A stretch of DNA of 64,000 bases from Mizuhopecten yessoensis (lineage: Eukaryota): NCBI RefSeq assembly GCF_002113885.1, contig NW_018404823.1, forward strand, positions 4,756 to 68,755. The letters run 5' to 3'. Below are positions 25,377 through 38,977 of the stretch, piece by piece (positions within the stretch are counted from its first letter, which is position 1; the number at the start of each line of letters is the position of its first letter). The notes beneath the pieces are model-generated. The model saw only the letters and a program-made list of their open reading frames with translations, had not been told where the DNA came from and searched no databases. Made by a program: the position numbers and the translations under genes.

Positions 25377-26729
25377 CTGTCAATACAAAGAAAGGCCCTA
25401 ATGCATTCTGTCTTAATCATTCCCGATCAAGGTCTACCAACGAGACTGGTTATATATGAATGTGAACGTGGATTTGACAAATCTCTTTTACCTTTTACAC
25501 ATGATTTAGCATCTATGAGGCTTGCGATGGGATATAAAGTTACAAAATATTAGATATGTTATTAACAAATACATGTTATTCTATATAGTGCTGAGTTTGT
25601 ACTCTAGGTACTGTTTCATCAAGAATATCTAGCTTAAAGAGTTGAATATTAATCTTGTTTTGTGCGTCTTTTAAATGATAAATCTAAAAGTGTAACCTGC
25701 GTTGATCAACTCTGATAAAGATAGAAACTTATTCAGCTTATAAATAGTTTATCTAGCCAGATGAAAGGAACAATGGCTTCTGGATAAAAAATGTCCATAA
25801 TGCACAAACGAGAGCCATCATACCAATTTTTAATCGATGCTGTTAAAGGCGAACCTCACATTATTAAAGTCAGTAGGAGTTATCGCCCTTCCTATGTGTT
25901 TATATATTTTCTGGAAGGAAAAGCGATACAGAAATTCACGGAAGTCTGAATTACTGCTAGAATTTCTAATATTCTTGTTTACTGAGCGGCATAACTTAAT
26001 ATTGTACCGTTACACGAACAATATATGCATGGTCATATGGTCGTCAAGTTACATTTCTTAAAAATATGCCGCTAAATTCAAGCGTTCAATTGACATTGAA
26101 TGCATTGTTGTTTTCCTGTCGTCTGGCTGTCTATATAGCACAGGAATTTTCTCCGTTGTTGCTAGAGATTTGAAATTCATTTAAGCGGGACTTTACAATT
26201 CGTTAAATTATTTCGAATTTTACGAGCCGGCAAAGCCTTACCTAACTCAAATAACTCCCGTCTCAGGAAAAGTTTGTCCGTAAACTTAAACTTTAAACTT
26301 GTTTTATTTTATTAATGAATACATGTACGCTATAAAACAGTTACTTTAACCTCCCAATAATGTATACATAATGTATACCAACTAACCATATCAGTTATAA
26401 ATGATGACGTGGATATAAAAACATTGTGTTTGTAGTCAGGAATATATCGCTATTTATTGTAAATATGACGTCAGTACTTCCAACGCCCGTCCAACGATAT
26501 GAATATATTAATATCTCAATGTTTCATTGCCTACTGAAAAAAGGAAATTGGCGACGGCCTACAGGTATCTCCATTTCACATTCAGACACATAACATTGCA
26601 TTATAAATATTGAATGCATGATTCATCAATCTGTTTGCAAATACGATAGTAAATCTCTATGTCGTCAGCGTAAAATCAGCATATTGATGAATAATCTATT
26701 GGCACATTATTAACGAAAAATTGTTGTTG

Positions 26730-27020
26730 AAACCTTCCGGCCAGACCTGTTTTGAATAAAGCTATGTGCCGTTTGCGATGGCATGCTCTGAGGCGGAAGC
26801 TGATTTCCCTGAGCCCCGGATGAGCTTCCAGACCCCCGGATGTGTATGGAGGCCAAACTGGCGGGCAGGCCTAATGGTGTGATTTATAATCCCCTTATTA
26901 TCGCTGTGACAATTCCATCAGAAACGTTCCGGGTCCATTTAGGGGCAGACGTACCACCGGGACACAGTAAGACAATTTAATCCGCATTTCTCCTCACTTA
27001 GCGATAAATAACCGGTTCGC
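26730..27020. promoter_or_regulatory. Candidate enhancer: ETS/homeodomain motif cluster
   Basis: Five CGGA(A/T) cores (26734, 26794, 26816, 26836, 26927), TGATTTAT (26880) and two TAATCC (26887, 26978) in non-repetitive, GC-richer DNA. Confidence 0.35.
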
Positions 27021-30000
27021 TTTTTGTAGTACCAAGACTGCCGCGAGCTTTGACTTACCCTATATAGTGTTAACGCTGATAGGTTTGTGACAACTCGTCT
27101 ACATCAGCCATTATGAAAGCACTGGTATTGTTCCGAGCAGAAATCCTTATAATCAGTTTAACAGTTTTTGTGACGAATAATGAATATTAATGAAGATACC
27201 ATGTCAAGTATTTGATTGAGGGCATTGCTTGTCATACAATGCTCGTACAATGTATGTGCTGATGCACGGCCTGCACAAAGAGATGACATCTCACCTATGT
27301 GTAAAATTTATTCTTTTCAGACGAATATGCATATTCATAAATTCTCCAACCGACATACGAGAGAAAGTCTATGCAGCGGGTATAGGCATACTGCTCGTTG
27401 ACTGCGTGTGCTTGTGCATGATGCAATTAAATGGATGATGACAAAGTTGTTCACGAGGAAATACAGTGAAATATTATTCTAACAAGTATCAGTACAAAAC
27501 AAGAGTGGTCAAAAAGGATATTGGCATCCAACAGAGACTTATACAGTATGCTAATAAAATAAAATAAAAAATGTTTAAAATATATGAAAAAATTATACTA
27601 TGTTAAGATAACTACAGAACACGTTTCTGGTAATAGATCATGTAAATAATTGACTCTAAAGAAATTCTTACTAAACAAAATAAAAATATTGCCGAACGTT
27701 TTTTTTTGAAAAAAAGCTACTATATCTCGTTGTAATTGTAAGCCGAACAAATTCATAAAAATTACAATAATTTTGAAAACATACGATTTATTTTACTTTG
27801 GATATAATACATACTAAAACGTATACCTTGAAAGTCAATAAATGAAAGTATAGTGCAAAACATTATGCGTGAAAAACGTCTAAAAGAATGCTGATATAAA
27901 ACAAGCGTAAAATAACAATATAATACAAAAACATAGTTAAGGAGACTTTGAGTATGAGTCAGCATAACTGGACAAGGGCAGCAGAGACCCCCCATACAAC
28001 GTCCACGTCACTTCCTGTAATGTTACAATGTACGTAACAACATTACCAAGGACAAGCGTGTGAATGCTGGAGGCTAATGGGCTTTATTTCTTTTTTTTGT
28101 TCCTTTTTTTTCTATTGCAGATCTTGGGAAAATAACTGCCACAAACCGTACACACGCACGCGAGTAATATTACGACAGATGATGATAACTACCATGTGAA
28201 GTTTTTCCCTTCCTATCGACTTGTTTACATGCGTTCTGGTATACAGCAGTATACCTAGTTCATGCAATATGTGTTGGTTTGTGAAACGGAAAACGGAATA
28301 TAGCAAATGGTGATTAAAATAAACAAATATTTTTGACTTAAGAATATTGACACTACCTACTTTGGTTTCGTTTATTTACTACACACCACGTCTGAGTATA
28401 ATTGATTTGAATGAACAAAGATGGATTTTTGACTTAATGCTTTTGCATTGTTTAGTTTGGTTTTGTTACATGTAAATGAACAAATATCGATGTTTGACTA
28501 AAGACTATTGCCATAGCTTTGGCTTTGTTTTACTTACTACACACCAAGTCATGTTCATGATGTTTGGTGTGACCAGTGTTACCATTGAACCAAATTTTGT
28601 ACCATCGAGAATCAGTAATTAATGAAATACATGTAACAACTGTCTTGGCTTGACAGTTTCGTATGATGTAGACGGGGAAATCGCAATCCTGAATCAAGAT
28701 TTTTGAAGTTAAATACAAGGCGTTGCCAAATGCTTATATCAAATTTTAAATATCGTATCAGTTCAGATGTGATTATTTTTGGCACATATTTCATATACCG
28801 TAAAAAATCAGTTTTAATGGTGAACAAACTGCACCTCGTTATCAAGGGCACATCTAACCTGTGACAATATTGATGATGTGACCCTATTAACGCTCCCACA
28901 AGTGATGACAGGATTGGGGATGTGTTCAAAATTAATGCTTGTGTGACCTTTCTTTATTAAGGTGGAGAAAGACTGGTTAATATTTGACTAGCAAAAACGG
29001 GAATTAGCCTGTAAAGTGTGACAGAAATGATAATCCTCCGAGAAACCTGTTATATGCTGACTTTCCTTTTGTTTTCGTGTCTCGCTATTGTGGTCTTTTT
29101 GTGTAATTTCCCATCTCCGATTGCGTGTCTGTACTAATTGAATTTGTGTAAAAGTTTCACACCGTCCTAATACAAATATGACTTGATTTGTCTAATATTC
29201 GATATAGTAAAAAGGCTACCCATTTCCAAGTGTCAGTCACATTTTATTAGGTTGAGTGATTTCAGACTGTCGTTAAGTCTAAGTAATTATGTTTCCGTTT
29301 AGCATGCTTCGCTATTCTATTATGATAATAATACATTACTTAATTTAGACATTGATAACATATTAAGACATTCGTCTAGTTTACAATACGGCCCTGCAAG
29401 GTTAAGAAAGAAGCCCACCGGAGTGTACAGAATTATATTGAGCGATGACAGGATTACGTAAACTTGCGGTCTACTGCCTGAGACGCCTATCTAATCCAAC
29501 TTGCACATTTAAGTATGAAATATCGCATTTCAAAGGCCAATTGATATTCCAGAAGGTCGTGGAGTAGCAGTGCACCAAGTTTAATCACATCAGTTTTGAA
29601 AAGTATGCCAAAGTGAATATTTCGAGTTTAAATACAGATATATAGAGAACAAATAATCCATATTGTCTTTGATCAAACCAGCAATACGTTGTTGTTTTAT
29701 ATGGGCGTGGTAATACACTGAGGGCGTACAAATAAGTGTATAGGTGAATAAAAGGAGAAAGAGACTTTGATATATGATGGTGGTAAGTGCCATGAAAAAG
29801 GAAACAAGTGCCATTATATAGAGGTTTTACTGTTTATACACGAGGGAAATAAAATAGCAGTTTTACTGTATATAAACAAGGGATATTGAATAGACTTTTA
29901 TCTTGCATAAGTGTGTCACATAAAATCACAATTTAACTGCGTATCAGAAATACATCCTGGTGTTTTTGACAGGAAGTGTGACACATGTTCTAGACGATAT

Positions 30001-31797
30001 GAGACTTCCCTGGCCACGTTAAATAAACACATATACAGATTTGACAACTGATCATTTCGGCTGGTATATAATTGAATACATTGAAAATATATCCCCAATT
30101 GCCCCATGATCATATCATTTTATATTGCGACGTTTCGATCAACAATATTGACAGGACCGACTAACTTTGATGTCGATGTTTTTGCACTGACTTTAAGGTT
30201 GTACTGCAAGAAATGACAGGACAACTCCTATCTTGAATGGGTCACAAAAGACCGAATTCAGCCATGACATATTGGCGAGACCCTGTAACATGTCCTTATC
30301 ATGTTGCGTAGGCCTACGGGAGCATATAGTCACGTTACCAACACAACGGCAGGACCGTATCTATGGTAATAGGTCCTCGGGGAACGAGAGTCGGTGTCAC
30401 AACCACTGAAAGAGATCCATGGCCTTTACAACAAAAAGGGTGGATTCAACAGAGATACCTAACCAACTTAAGGATCATAAAACTATTTGCAAATTAGTTA
30501 ACACACGAACTCTCCCAGGATAACGTCGGGGATGAAAGTTTCCAGACCTAATCTGTGCAACTTGGGATTACGGAAATTTTCGCTTTCATTGGTCGTGGGT
30601 TTTAAGAAGACAAAAAAAACCTGGAGCGATGCAAGTATCAGTCTCTAATTGTGAGCTATATACACGCTTAACATGGGCGAAACGAGGACATTAAATACCA
30701 GGCCAATATATCGCTTACGAACTTTTCTTAGCGATAACACTGTGTTGAGAAAAATATCACTGTACTGTTGTGACAATCCGATAACCGTCGCCTATGTTTG
30801 ATTTTTTTTTATGATGTCGTCTCAAAAACAAGGAAATCTTTTTAAACGATCACAATCAGACAGAAATATCGTAAAATCTTAGTTCTTAATCAAACTTGTA
30901 TGAACCTCGTTATTGTATTGAATTAGTGACTTGAATGATATGCGCGCTCAATCCTACGGAGGACGCACCAATAGCCCGGACGTGCTATAAAAATCAGGTC
31001 TGAAAATTCAATTGATAAACAATTAATCAAAATGTTTTAGGTTGTGTGAACAGAGAGCACCATTAAGATGAATGAATGATAGTTGTTACTAATTGGCCTT
31101 CGCTTTATTTTCTACCCCGAACCCCTGTTGTCGGTACAAGAACATTAATAAAAGCTGACTCTGATACAGATATTTTTCACTGCTGTCGAATACGAACCTA
31201 TTTAAAACACTCATTCCTTATTGTTACGCTATCAGTTTTACTGGCATGAGGTGAATATGGTTGTTCATCACCCTAAAGCTGTTTTGTCATTAACAAGGGG
31301 AGAGATGTATTTTTCCTTATGCGTTTTGATGCTGAAAGCATTCTTATTATAGCAAACATAGCGGTTTTCAACTCGACATTAAGAGTTTAAAAGTTATACA
31401 GTACATGCCACCATAATATACAAGGACATGTTAAGTATATATATTCTGCCAACAGAAAAAAATTGTGTCAACCTCATGTTTGCTCATTTGCCTATAATAT
31501 GCAAGGCGACGGACATACTCCAATAAATAAGATTTGGCTGTTCTTTGTGCATGCGAACATTTATATCACGTGATACATATGTCTTCATTTAAAAACAAGC
31601 TAAACGTTTTCCTCATTGCTGACGCTGTTAGCAGTTGTCCTATTTTGTTTGGTTCACCTTGTTATATTTGGAGAGACACAGATATATATAACCTGTATAC
31701 CTCTTACTGTGTTTATTTATCGTTAAAATGAGTGAAATTATATAATAATCGGATGAAAGTGCATCATGACTTGAGGAAACTGACTTAAGTTTTCCTC

Positions 31798-31850
31798 TGT
31801 TTTTTTGTTTAACGTCCTCGCAATAGCCAGGGGCACATGAGGACGGGTGC
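31798..31850 (-). mobile_element. SINE 3' tail fragment
   Basis: Minus strand CCGTCCTCATGTGCCCCTGGCTATTGCGAGGACGTTAAACAAAAAA forms a stem-loop plus A-rich tail of the kind seen in bivalve SINEs. Confidence 0.5.
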
Positions 31851-34210
31851 CTTGGGAGACACCGCCTAAAACAGAAAATAAAAATAAAATAAAGAAGACA
31901 AAGAAAGGAAACGAAAAGAACCCAGGTGTTACAATGGGGGCAGTAGACCAATGTTGGTGTCTGCCATGTCCTTTGAGAAGAAGACATTGAAAAAAAACCC
32001 GGTTTTGCAGGGGCCCCACTTTAGTCTCCTAACAATACACATGCAGTGGTATACTGTAGATCCTATCTTGATTTCGTCAATGTCCCCTAAAAAGGAGATA
32101 AGGAAAAACCCACCACCGATTGTGTATGGCTGGTGAAAGCTAGATGTCACACAACGCCTTGATGGGAGGAGGTTTTCTGGAAGAGCAGTTAACGTGGCAA
32201 TTATCCAAGTGAGTGTTGTTACCTTGTAGACGTGGTAGAATGAGCTTTTATGTGTTTCCCTTTAGAGTACTCTGTCCAAGTGCATTTACATTATTGCTAC
32301 GTTTTCTATTTAGCTTTAATTACTGATGCGTATGCTGCATTAGACAATTTAACAAACATTACGTTAAAAAATCCGAAAAAATATATCAATCTGGTGAACA
32401 TACAATGGTTTTCGTCTGGCGATATATGACAGTTGACGTCATTCTCTGATAGCAAGTTGCCCTCAAGAAAACGCCGCACTGGGTTCCGATATGACAAAAT
32501 ATCGAAATACCAACATAAGCCACATGTGGGTTTTTTTTCCACTTGAAGAAACCTATAGCCTAGGTCATATGACAGAAACGGCAATTGTCTAAACTGCATA
32601 AAACATGTTTTTATTGTCATCGTTGGTTAGGTGAATATACATATCAATAGCTTATAATATGGTAAAGAAAAATACTCCTCTGTTGGGTATATCAAATAAC
32701 GCCGGTTAATAAAAAACAAAACTCAGATTTGTTTATTATACATGGTGGGATTCATAAGTGAATCCTATCCAGACCTCCCGGAAAGGAAGGTGACCCGTCA
32801 TAGCAATATAAAAACACTTTTAAAATCTCATATCTAGCAATGATAAGGCTGATAAATAGACTTGCGACTACGGCGTCAGGGAATCAAGTTCTGGTAAAAT
32901 ATCAGATGGCAGCGGTGATAGACTGGGGCATTCTTCACGTACCAAACAATATGATTGCCTTCATTTTAAATGTAATGCTCAGTAGACATTATCAGACAAA
33001 CCTTTACATGACCCAGACCCTGGCGCAGTCATGGTCGTCCAAAAGTTTAGCTGATATGGCACAAACATGGATTGAAATCAATATGATTTTATAGAGTATT
33101 TTCTCCGAAGGTGTCTATGCTGTGAGGGTTACTGGTAAGGAACTCCCCCTGGTTGACGTAATGACGGGGGTTCAGTGGCGAGGGATGGGCAATGCACGAG
33201 CAATATATGCAGTCTTGTCACAAGTGTCCTGCCACTTAAATGCAAGAGCTAGCAATTCCGTCACAAACACATTTAAGGATTTTTTTTTTATTTTTTTATT
33301 TTTTTTAAATAATGACGGTCTTTATATGGTGTACATTTGTCTACCATATGGAGGCAGGCTTTTTTCATGTTGAAATATAACATTAACGTTGAACTTTTAT
33401 GCAATATTTTGCTAGGCATTTTTCTATTAAAGTATTCAAAACAAAACAAAACCCACATCTTGCGATGCGATATTCGAAATTTAAGTTTTCCGGAAAAAAA
33501 TGTGTCAAATTCCTGACATTTCCACTGTCGAATCTGCACTTTGCCAGTGATAGTATACAGAAGTTATAAATGTGCAGCTCCAAAATGAAAATAAAAATAA
33601 AAACAGTTGGGAGTTATTATAAACCAATACTATCCTATTACGTTGTTTTCCAATCCAAAAAGGAAAAAAAGGACCCAACTAGAAGGTCGATGATATATTA
33701 TACGGTGGTACCCATTACATAAGGGAGTTTTGAGGCATGCTGAAGGGGTAAATGCATATCTTATTTCACTGAGCGCTCTTTACGGATGAACAAATATCCA
33801 TCAATCTACGGACAAATTGGCATACTTTAGACGAATTCATGTGATTATAATAGGTTATAACATTTTAGACGAATGCCTTGCAGTATCGACATAATTAAGT
33901 AAAGAAAAGTAAAAGGACGAAGACAGTATTTCATATTGATTCTTTATGGTCTTCCGTTTGATTTGGTGTCCTACAAGTTCCTGATTTTTTTTAATTGAGT
34001 TAGGATTTTGGCCTTGTCTATTGACAGCGTCAAACATAGATAATTATTGTACTGTTTAAGAGTGCACATTGCTTTCTTGCATTCTCGAAAATGACAATTT
34101 CTTAAAGGTTTGAACGAGGCCAATTACTACGGATATTATTGTTAATAGATGAGCATGACATATAACAAAATCGAAAATAAAATATATTTTTTTTAAAATA
34201 ATTCAGGTTC

Positions 34211-34532
34211 TTATATACCGCTTTATCACAACATAGTTCGTAGGTCATCTCAAAGCAGTTCACAAACTATAATCCGTGGTTATAGGGCCTTTGTAACCAG
34301 CCAACATCTTTCTAGACTCCCTGGGGAGCATACAGCCAGTGCTGCCATTTCGGCGCTCACAGCTAGCATTCTACAATTCTATCACTGCCCTACCACGTAC
34401 TCATTTACAGAGGGGTGGACTGGAACAAGCGGAGTAAAGTATCTTGCTTAAAAATACACACAGTGCCGTGACTCGAACACGCAACCCTTCGGTCACGAGC
34501 ACGGCGTCCTACCACTAGACTACTGTGCATCC
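34211..34532 (-). mobile_element. Full-length tRNA-derived SINE, CORE-type with L2-like tail
   Basis: A box TAGTCTAGTGG and B box GTTCGAGTC. CORE-like GCAAGATACTTTACT...CAGTCCACCCCTCTGTAAATGAGTAC. Tail GCTTTGAG...AAAGCGGTATATAA. Confidence 0.85.
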
Positions 34533-37500
34533 AAACAGTGGTGAACAAACAATTAGCATGCCTGCGCATGCCAGAGGCAAGTTTATTCCATTGAAGACGA
34601 TTTCAATCATACCTATTAAGCCTCAATACATATCCCCAGTCTTATTTCTAAAATATTAACGAAAAAATCAGTAAACAAAACGACCAATTGTTAATGAAAG
34701 AGATGTAGTTTTTAACAAAACCAACAGACGAAATAAAGTGTGTCGAAACAGCAGGTGACTTCTGAACTAAAATAATAACTGTCATGATTGCTCCGATGAA
34801 CAAAGAATTCCTGATACTTACACCATAATCTGGAGTAGCAAATCGAAGTTTACATCGTAAGGTTTTATACAAAGCAAAAGGGAACATCAAAGTGTCACCA
34901 AACCAATAATTCGAACTCGATAAATCGAGGTCAACATATGAAAACAGCTCACAAAACTTTATTTGTATTGTATCTTTTTATGCCATTTGTATATCCATGC
35001 CGGACAGCATTTTGTTTGAAAAAAATATTTAGTAAAATGGCATTGTAATTTTCACAGTGATATCAGATAATTTATTATCCGGTAAAAAAACAAGCGAAGT
35101 TGCAATTATATCACTTTTTGGCTGTATTTTATATCAAAGATCAAATGAAGTTCTATTAAACTGATGATATATAAGTAACAGTTATATGTTATGTAGGATG
35201 CCATCGAAGACAGAAAGACTATGTCTATATATATAAGTAACAGTTCAATCCACAATATTTGCAAAGAGCTCGATTACATTATTGAATATCTTTCCAAACT
35301 AATGTGTTGATATTATTATTTAACAATGACGGTTCAATATCTATTTTGAACTGTCTATCTGCGTAATGCAATGCGAAAAATTTGCCTAAACGACGCCGTT
35401 GATGCAAATTTCTCAGCATTTCTGATAGTGCAATGTCAGTATACTTAAACGGTTTTGTTACGAAGTTTTGGGTCGAATTGCCATATTTCCACTTTAGCAT
35501 ATATTCCAAATGCAATTGCTGTCTGAATTTGCCAGACACTGTACATCATTTTCTCCCTTTCAAATTATGGGAGAGAAAAGCACGTCTAAATCAAATTTGT
35601 GAAGACAAACTATGACGGTTCCTTTCTCCCAGGCTTTCAATTCCGGCACGAAAAACCTGATCATGTTAAGCAAACTACATCAATAGATACACATCCGTGG
35701 GAACGCGTGTCAATAACGAAAATATCAGATTTGTGTTTGGTTTGCGCGTTGTGGCCATGAACTGGAGTAGGGTAGATTGAGAATCGATAACACTTCTGAA
35801 TCGTCACAAGTTTTCGTCTCACTAAAGATGTCATTGGAGCGGAAGTTTAAGTCATCTTCGTTTGTACGGAAGTAACTCACCTCACTAAAGGGTTTCTTAA
35901 TATGATTAAGGCACGTGCTACATAACGAACATATATATTTGAAATATTCACGCGCAGTTTCATATAACGATAATCGTGCTGTATGAGAGAATAGTTTTGT
36001 ATATAGGGATGAAGAGATATATAAATTCCTAATGGACACGTTGCAAATGTAAAACAGTCTACGATTACCGGACATAACAAAAACGTTATTCTTTCAGACA
36101 ACGAAAACTATAATTTGATTCAAATTGTTACTGGAGTAAGTTATACCGTTTATGTCAAATGCAGCAACCTCATCACAACAAATAGATTTTTGGAAATGAA
36201 GCGCATTAATATGCATTCCATGTGAATATTCTTGTAACTTGAAGTCTACAATTCGGTTGTATTTTTCAATGCAAGGGCATCTCGATTTATTGGGCGTCAC
36301 ACGTACAATATCAGGAAATGCTCCAGTATTTTTGTTAAAAGGAAATCACAACTTGGGGTGATATTAGAGTCAGGGAAATCCCACAGGGCAAAAGCAGGGC
36401 AGAAACACGCGGAAATGCCAAGGCATATCTGTGGCTTCCGTACAAATTGTGTACGGTTCTGAAATACCGTATTCCCTGTAGTAGGATTTAGCCAGTTCGT
36501 TAACATTTATAAACGTGTTTTAATGTTAACAATTGTGTAAAAAGAGGTAATTTCTGTTCAGGACAAGTTCGTTTTTCACAAGTAATGTGCATTTAAGGAA
36601 ATTATCGATGAGAAGTACAAAAAAGAAATCATGAATTGAATTGGAGAACATTTAAAAAAGAAAAAAGAAATATGGATAAAATATCACAATCATTCCTGAG
36701 ACTTATTTCTTTCATCTTCAATTAAAAGTCACTTATTCAAAAGAAGTTTGAAATTATTATATACGAGGACTTTTGATGGACACTAGTTAACCTTTACTTG
36801 CTTAGATCGGCACGTCAACACAATCGTTATTGAGTGGGTAGCTCATTTTCAGTTATTGAAGCAGTGGTAGTTTCGGATGGAGTATCTGGTGTGCGGATTA
36901 GGGGGGGTTGGAAAATCGTGAATAATTATTGAAATAAGACAGATTGTTCGTTTGAGACGCATATTATGGAAAGGCTGAAAGTTACTAACATTGTTTCTGA
37001 GTAGAACTTTTAGCATTTTTGTAACGTGCTGCTAGTTACAAATCACAAACAATGTATAGTGAGTGACTGAATTGTACAACACACTGACGTCACTGACACA
37101 TGGCGGGCGAACTCTAATCAATAATACTCCAAACTCGCCCACATTTGAAAGAAATCAAATCTACACTAACTGATATATCTGTTTGTCATAAACCAAAAGC
37201 CCCCACAAATCAACCTCAAGGCGAGATATCAGCTGCATATGACGACATTTTCGTAAATTTACGACAAAACCTGGAGTCGGTATTTTTCAGACAAACGAGC
37301 TATCGATTCGTCCCGCTGCTGTGTACACATTAACGTATGGTTTATGTGAGATATACGATATAAAGGCAACTATTTATCAATTCGGCGAACGATTGTGGAG
37401 CTGTGGATGAGCAGAGAGTTGCATAAGTATGCACAATGCTGTAACGTACACTGAGATTGATCAGGGCTTTTGATAGAGAAAGTTCCCAGAAATGAATATT

Positions 37501-38256
37501 ATATTTAATATAAAAGAAGTTGTATTTGATATACGACATTTTATTATATTGATATCAAACATTAAGTTTGAGTATAAGCATAAACATATGGATGTATGGT
37601 TGTGTGCTTTCCAGACTGAACAAGTTCTTACTCTCATGTTTTCTTTTCTTCCCACTAACATGATTTGTTTTACTGATTTTTTTATATATATATACCAAGT
37701 GTATGGCTTTCTTACAGGCCTAATCTTCTTCTGAAACATTGTCATGAAATAAATATAATTCTATCAAAAATCAGACCACTTTTTATCAGAAATTGAGTTA
37801 TTTTAAAGTTCAATTTTTGCAATATATCGATCTATGTACAGGTATTATTATATTGTATTATACATACTAGTATATATTACCGACTTTCACAAATTGACGT
37901 CAGTATTTCATTACCTTCAACGATTGTAAACAATTTCAGTAGCTGTCTAAATCTAATAGAAATTCTCCATTTGTCTCTGCTTCCCATTAAGATATGAGTG
38001 TTTGATATATCTGACCGTTTTCATTAGTAATATTTCAGTTCACGTTCTTAACTATTTCTCTTAAATTCTAGCCAAAAGCGTTGTGTTATAATTTTATAAC
38101 TCCTCTTGTTTTCAGAATTTAATAAATAATATCTGAAATGCTCTAAAGGTACCACAGACACTGGTTTAAATTCAATGGATACAAAATGATCTTAATTAAC
38201 ACGTACTAAATGAACATATGTATTCATTATGTATTACATATTGTATTGATACCTTA

Positions 38257-38977
38257 AGGGCCTGTCACACACGTCGCCGGGACCAAACTGGAGCAAAAAA
38301 TTAACAACGGCGAGAAAATCGGCAGAGCTCCAGCGAGAAAGCACATGAAAAATCAAAATAGACCGTATCAATACCGATACAGCAACGGCGTTCCCGTTCT
38401 GCTGCCGTTGTTCTATCGATATAACAGCCGATGTGCTACCGAATACCACTTTTCTGTCACCTCAGGGTTACCGAGGCGATGTGCCACCGTTGACCGGAGC
38501 TATAGCGAAGTGATACCGTTGCGCTACCGATGTTACGGTAGTATATATAGTACATCGTTAGTACATCGGCGGCGCATCAGTACTACCTTGGTGGTATTCG
38601 GTAGTACTACGGTATTGCATCGGCATCGGTACACATTGAGGCCACAGAAGAGCCGCCGATCCATTACGGGGCGCTACCGGTGCTCTACCGACCTTAACAA
38701 AGACATACCGGAGTACTGCCGATGGACAGCCTTTGTACACATGTAGTTCTGTTCATCGGTCCGGCAGCGCAACGGCGGAAATGTTTGAGCATGTTCAAAA
38801 ATGTCTACCGTCGCCTGCCGTTGCTGAATTATTCGTCCTGACAACGTACTACCATTCTTAGCGATGTAATACCCTTGCGCTGTTGTACTATATACGTAGT
38901 ACCGATCCCTGAAAATCCCCAAATTTGTGCTCCGGTATAGCTCCGGCAACCCAAATCGGCTAGGTGTGACAGGTCCT
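38257..38977. mobile_element. PIF/Harbinger-type non-autonomous element
   Basis: TIR AGGGCCTGTCACAC / GTGTGACAGGTCCT, TTA on both sides (38254-38256, 38978-38980), GC-rich interior with repeated TACCG/CGGTA. Confidence 0.88.

Noticed and set aside
32137-32212. UHM/RRM-like peptide LDGRRFSGRAV before a GTGAGT donor
   Set aside because: In-frame stop just upstream, no other RRM motifs, and the match is short.
34460-34532. tRNA gene (also 62104-62170)
   Set aside because: A/B boxes are present but there is no intact cloverleaf; the 34211-34532 copy continues into a SINE body and tail.
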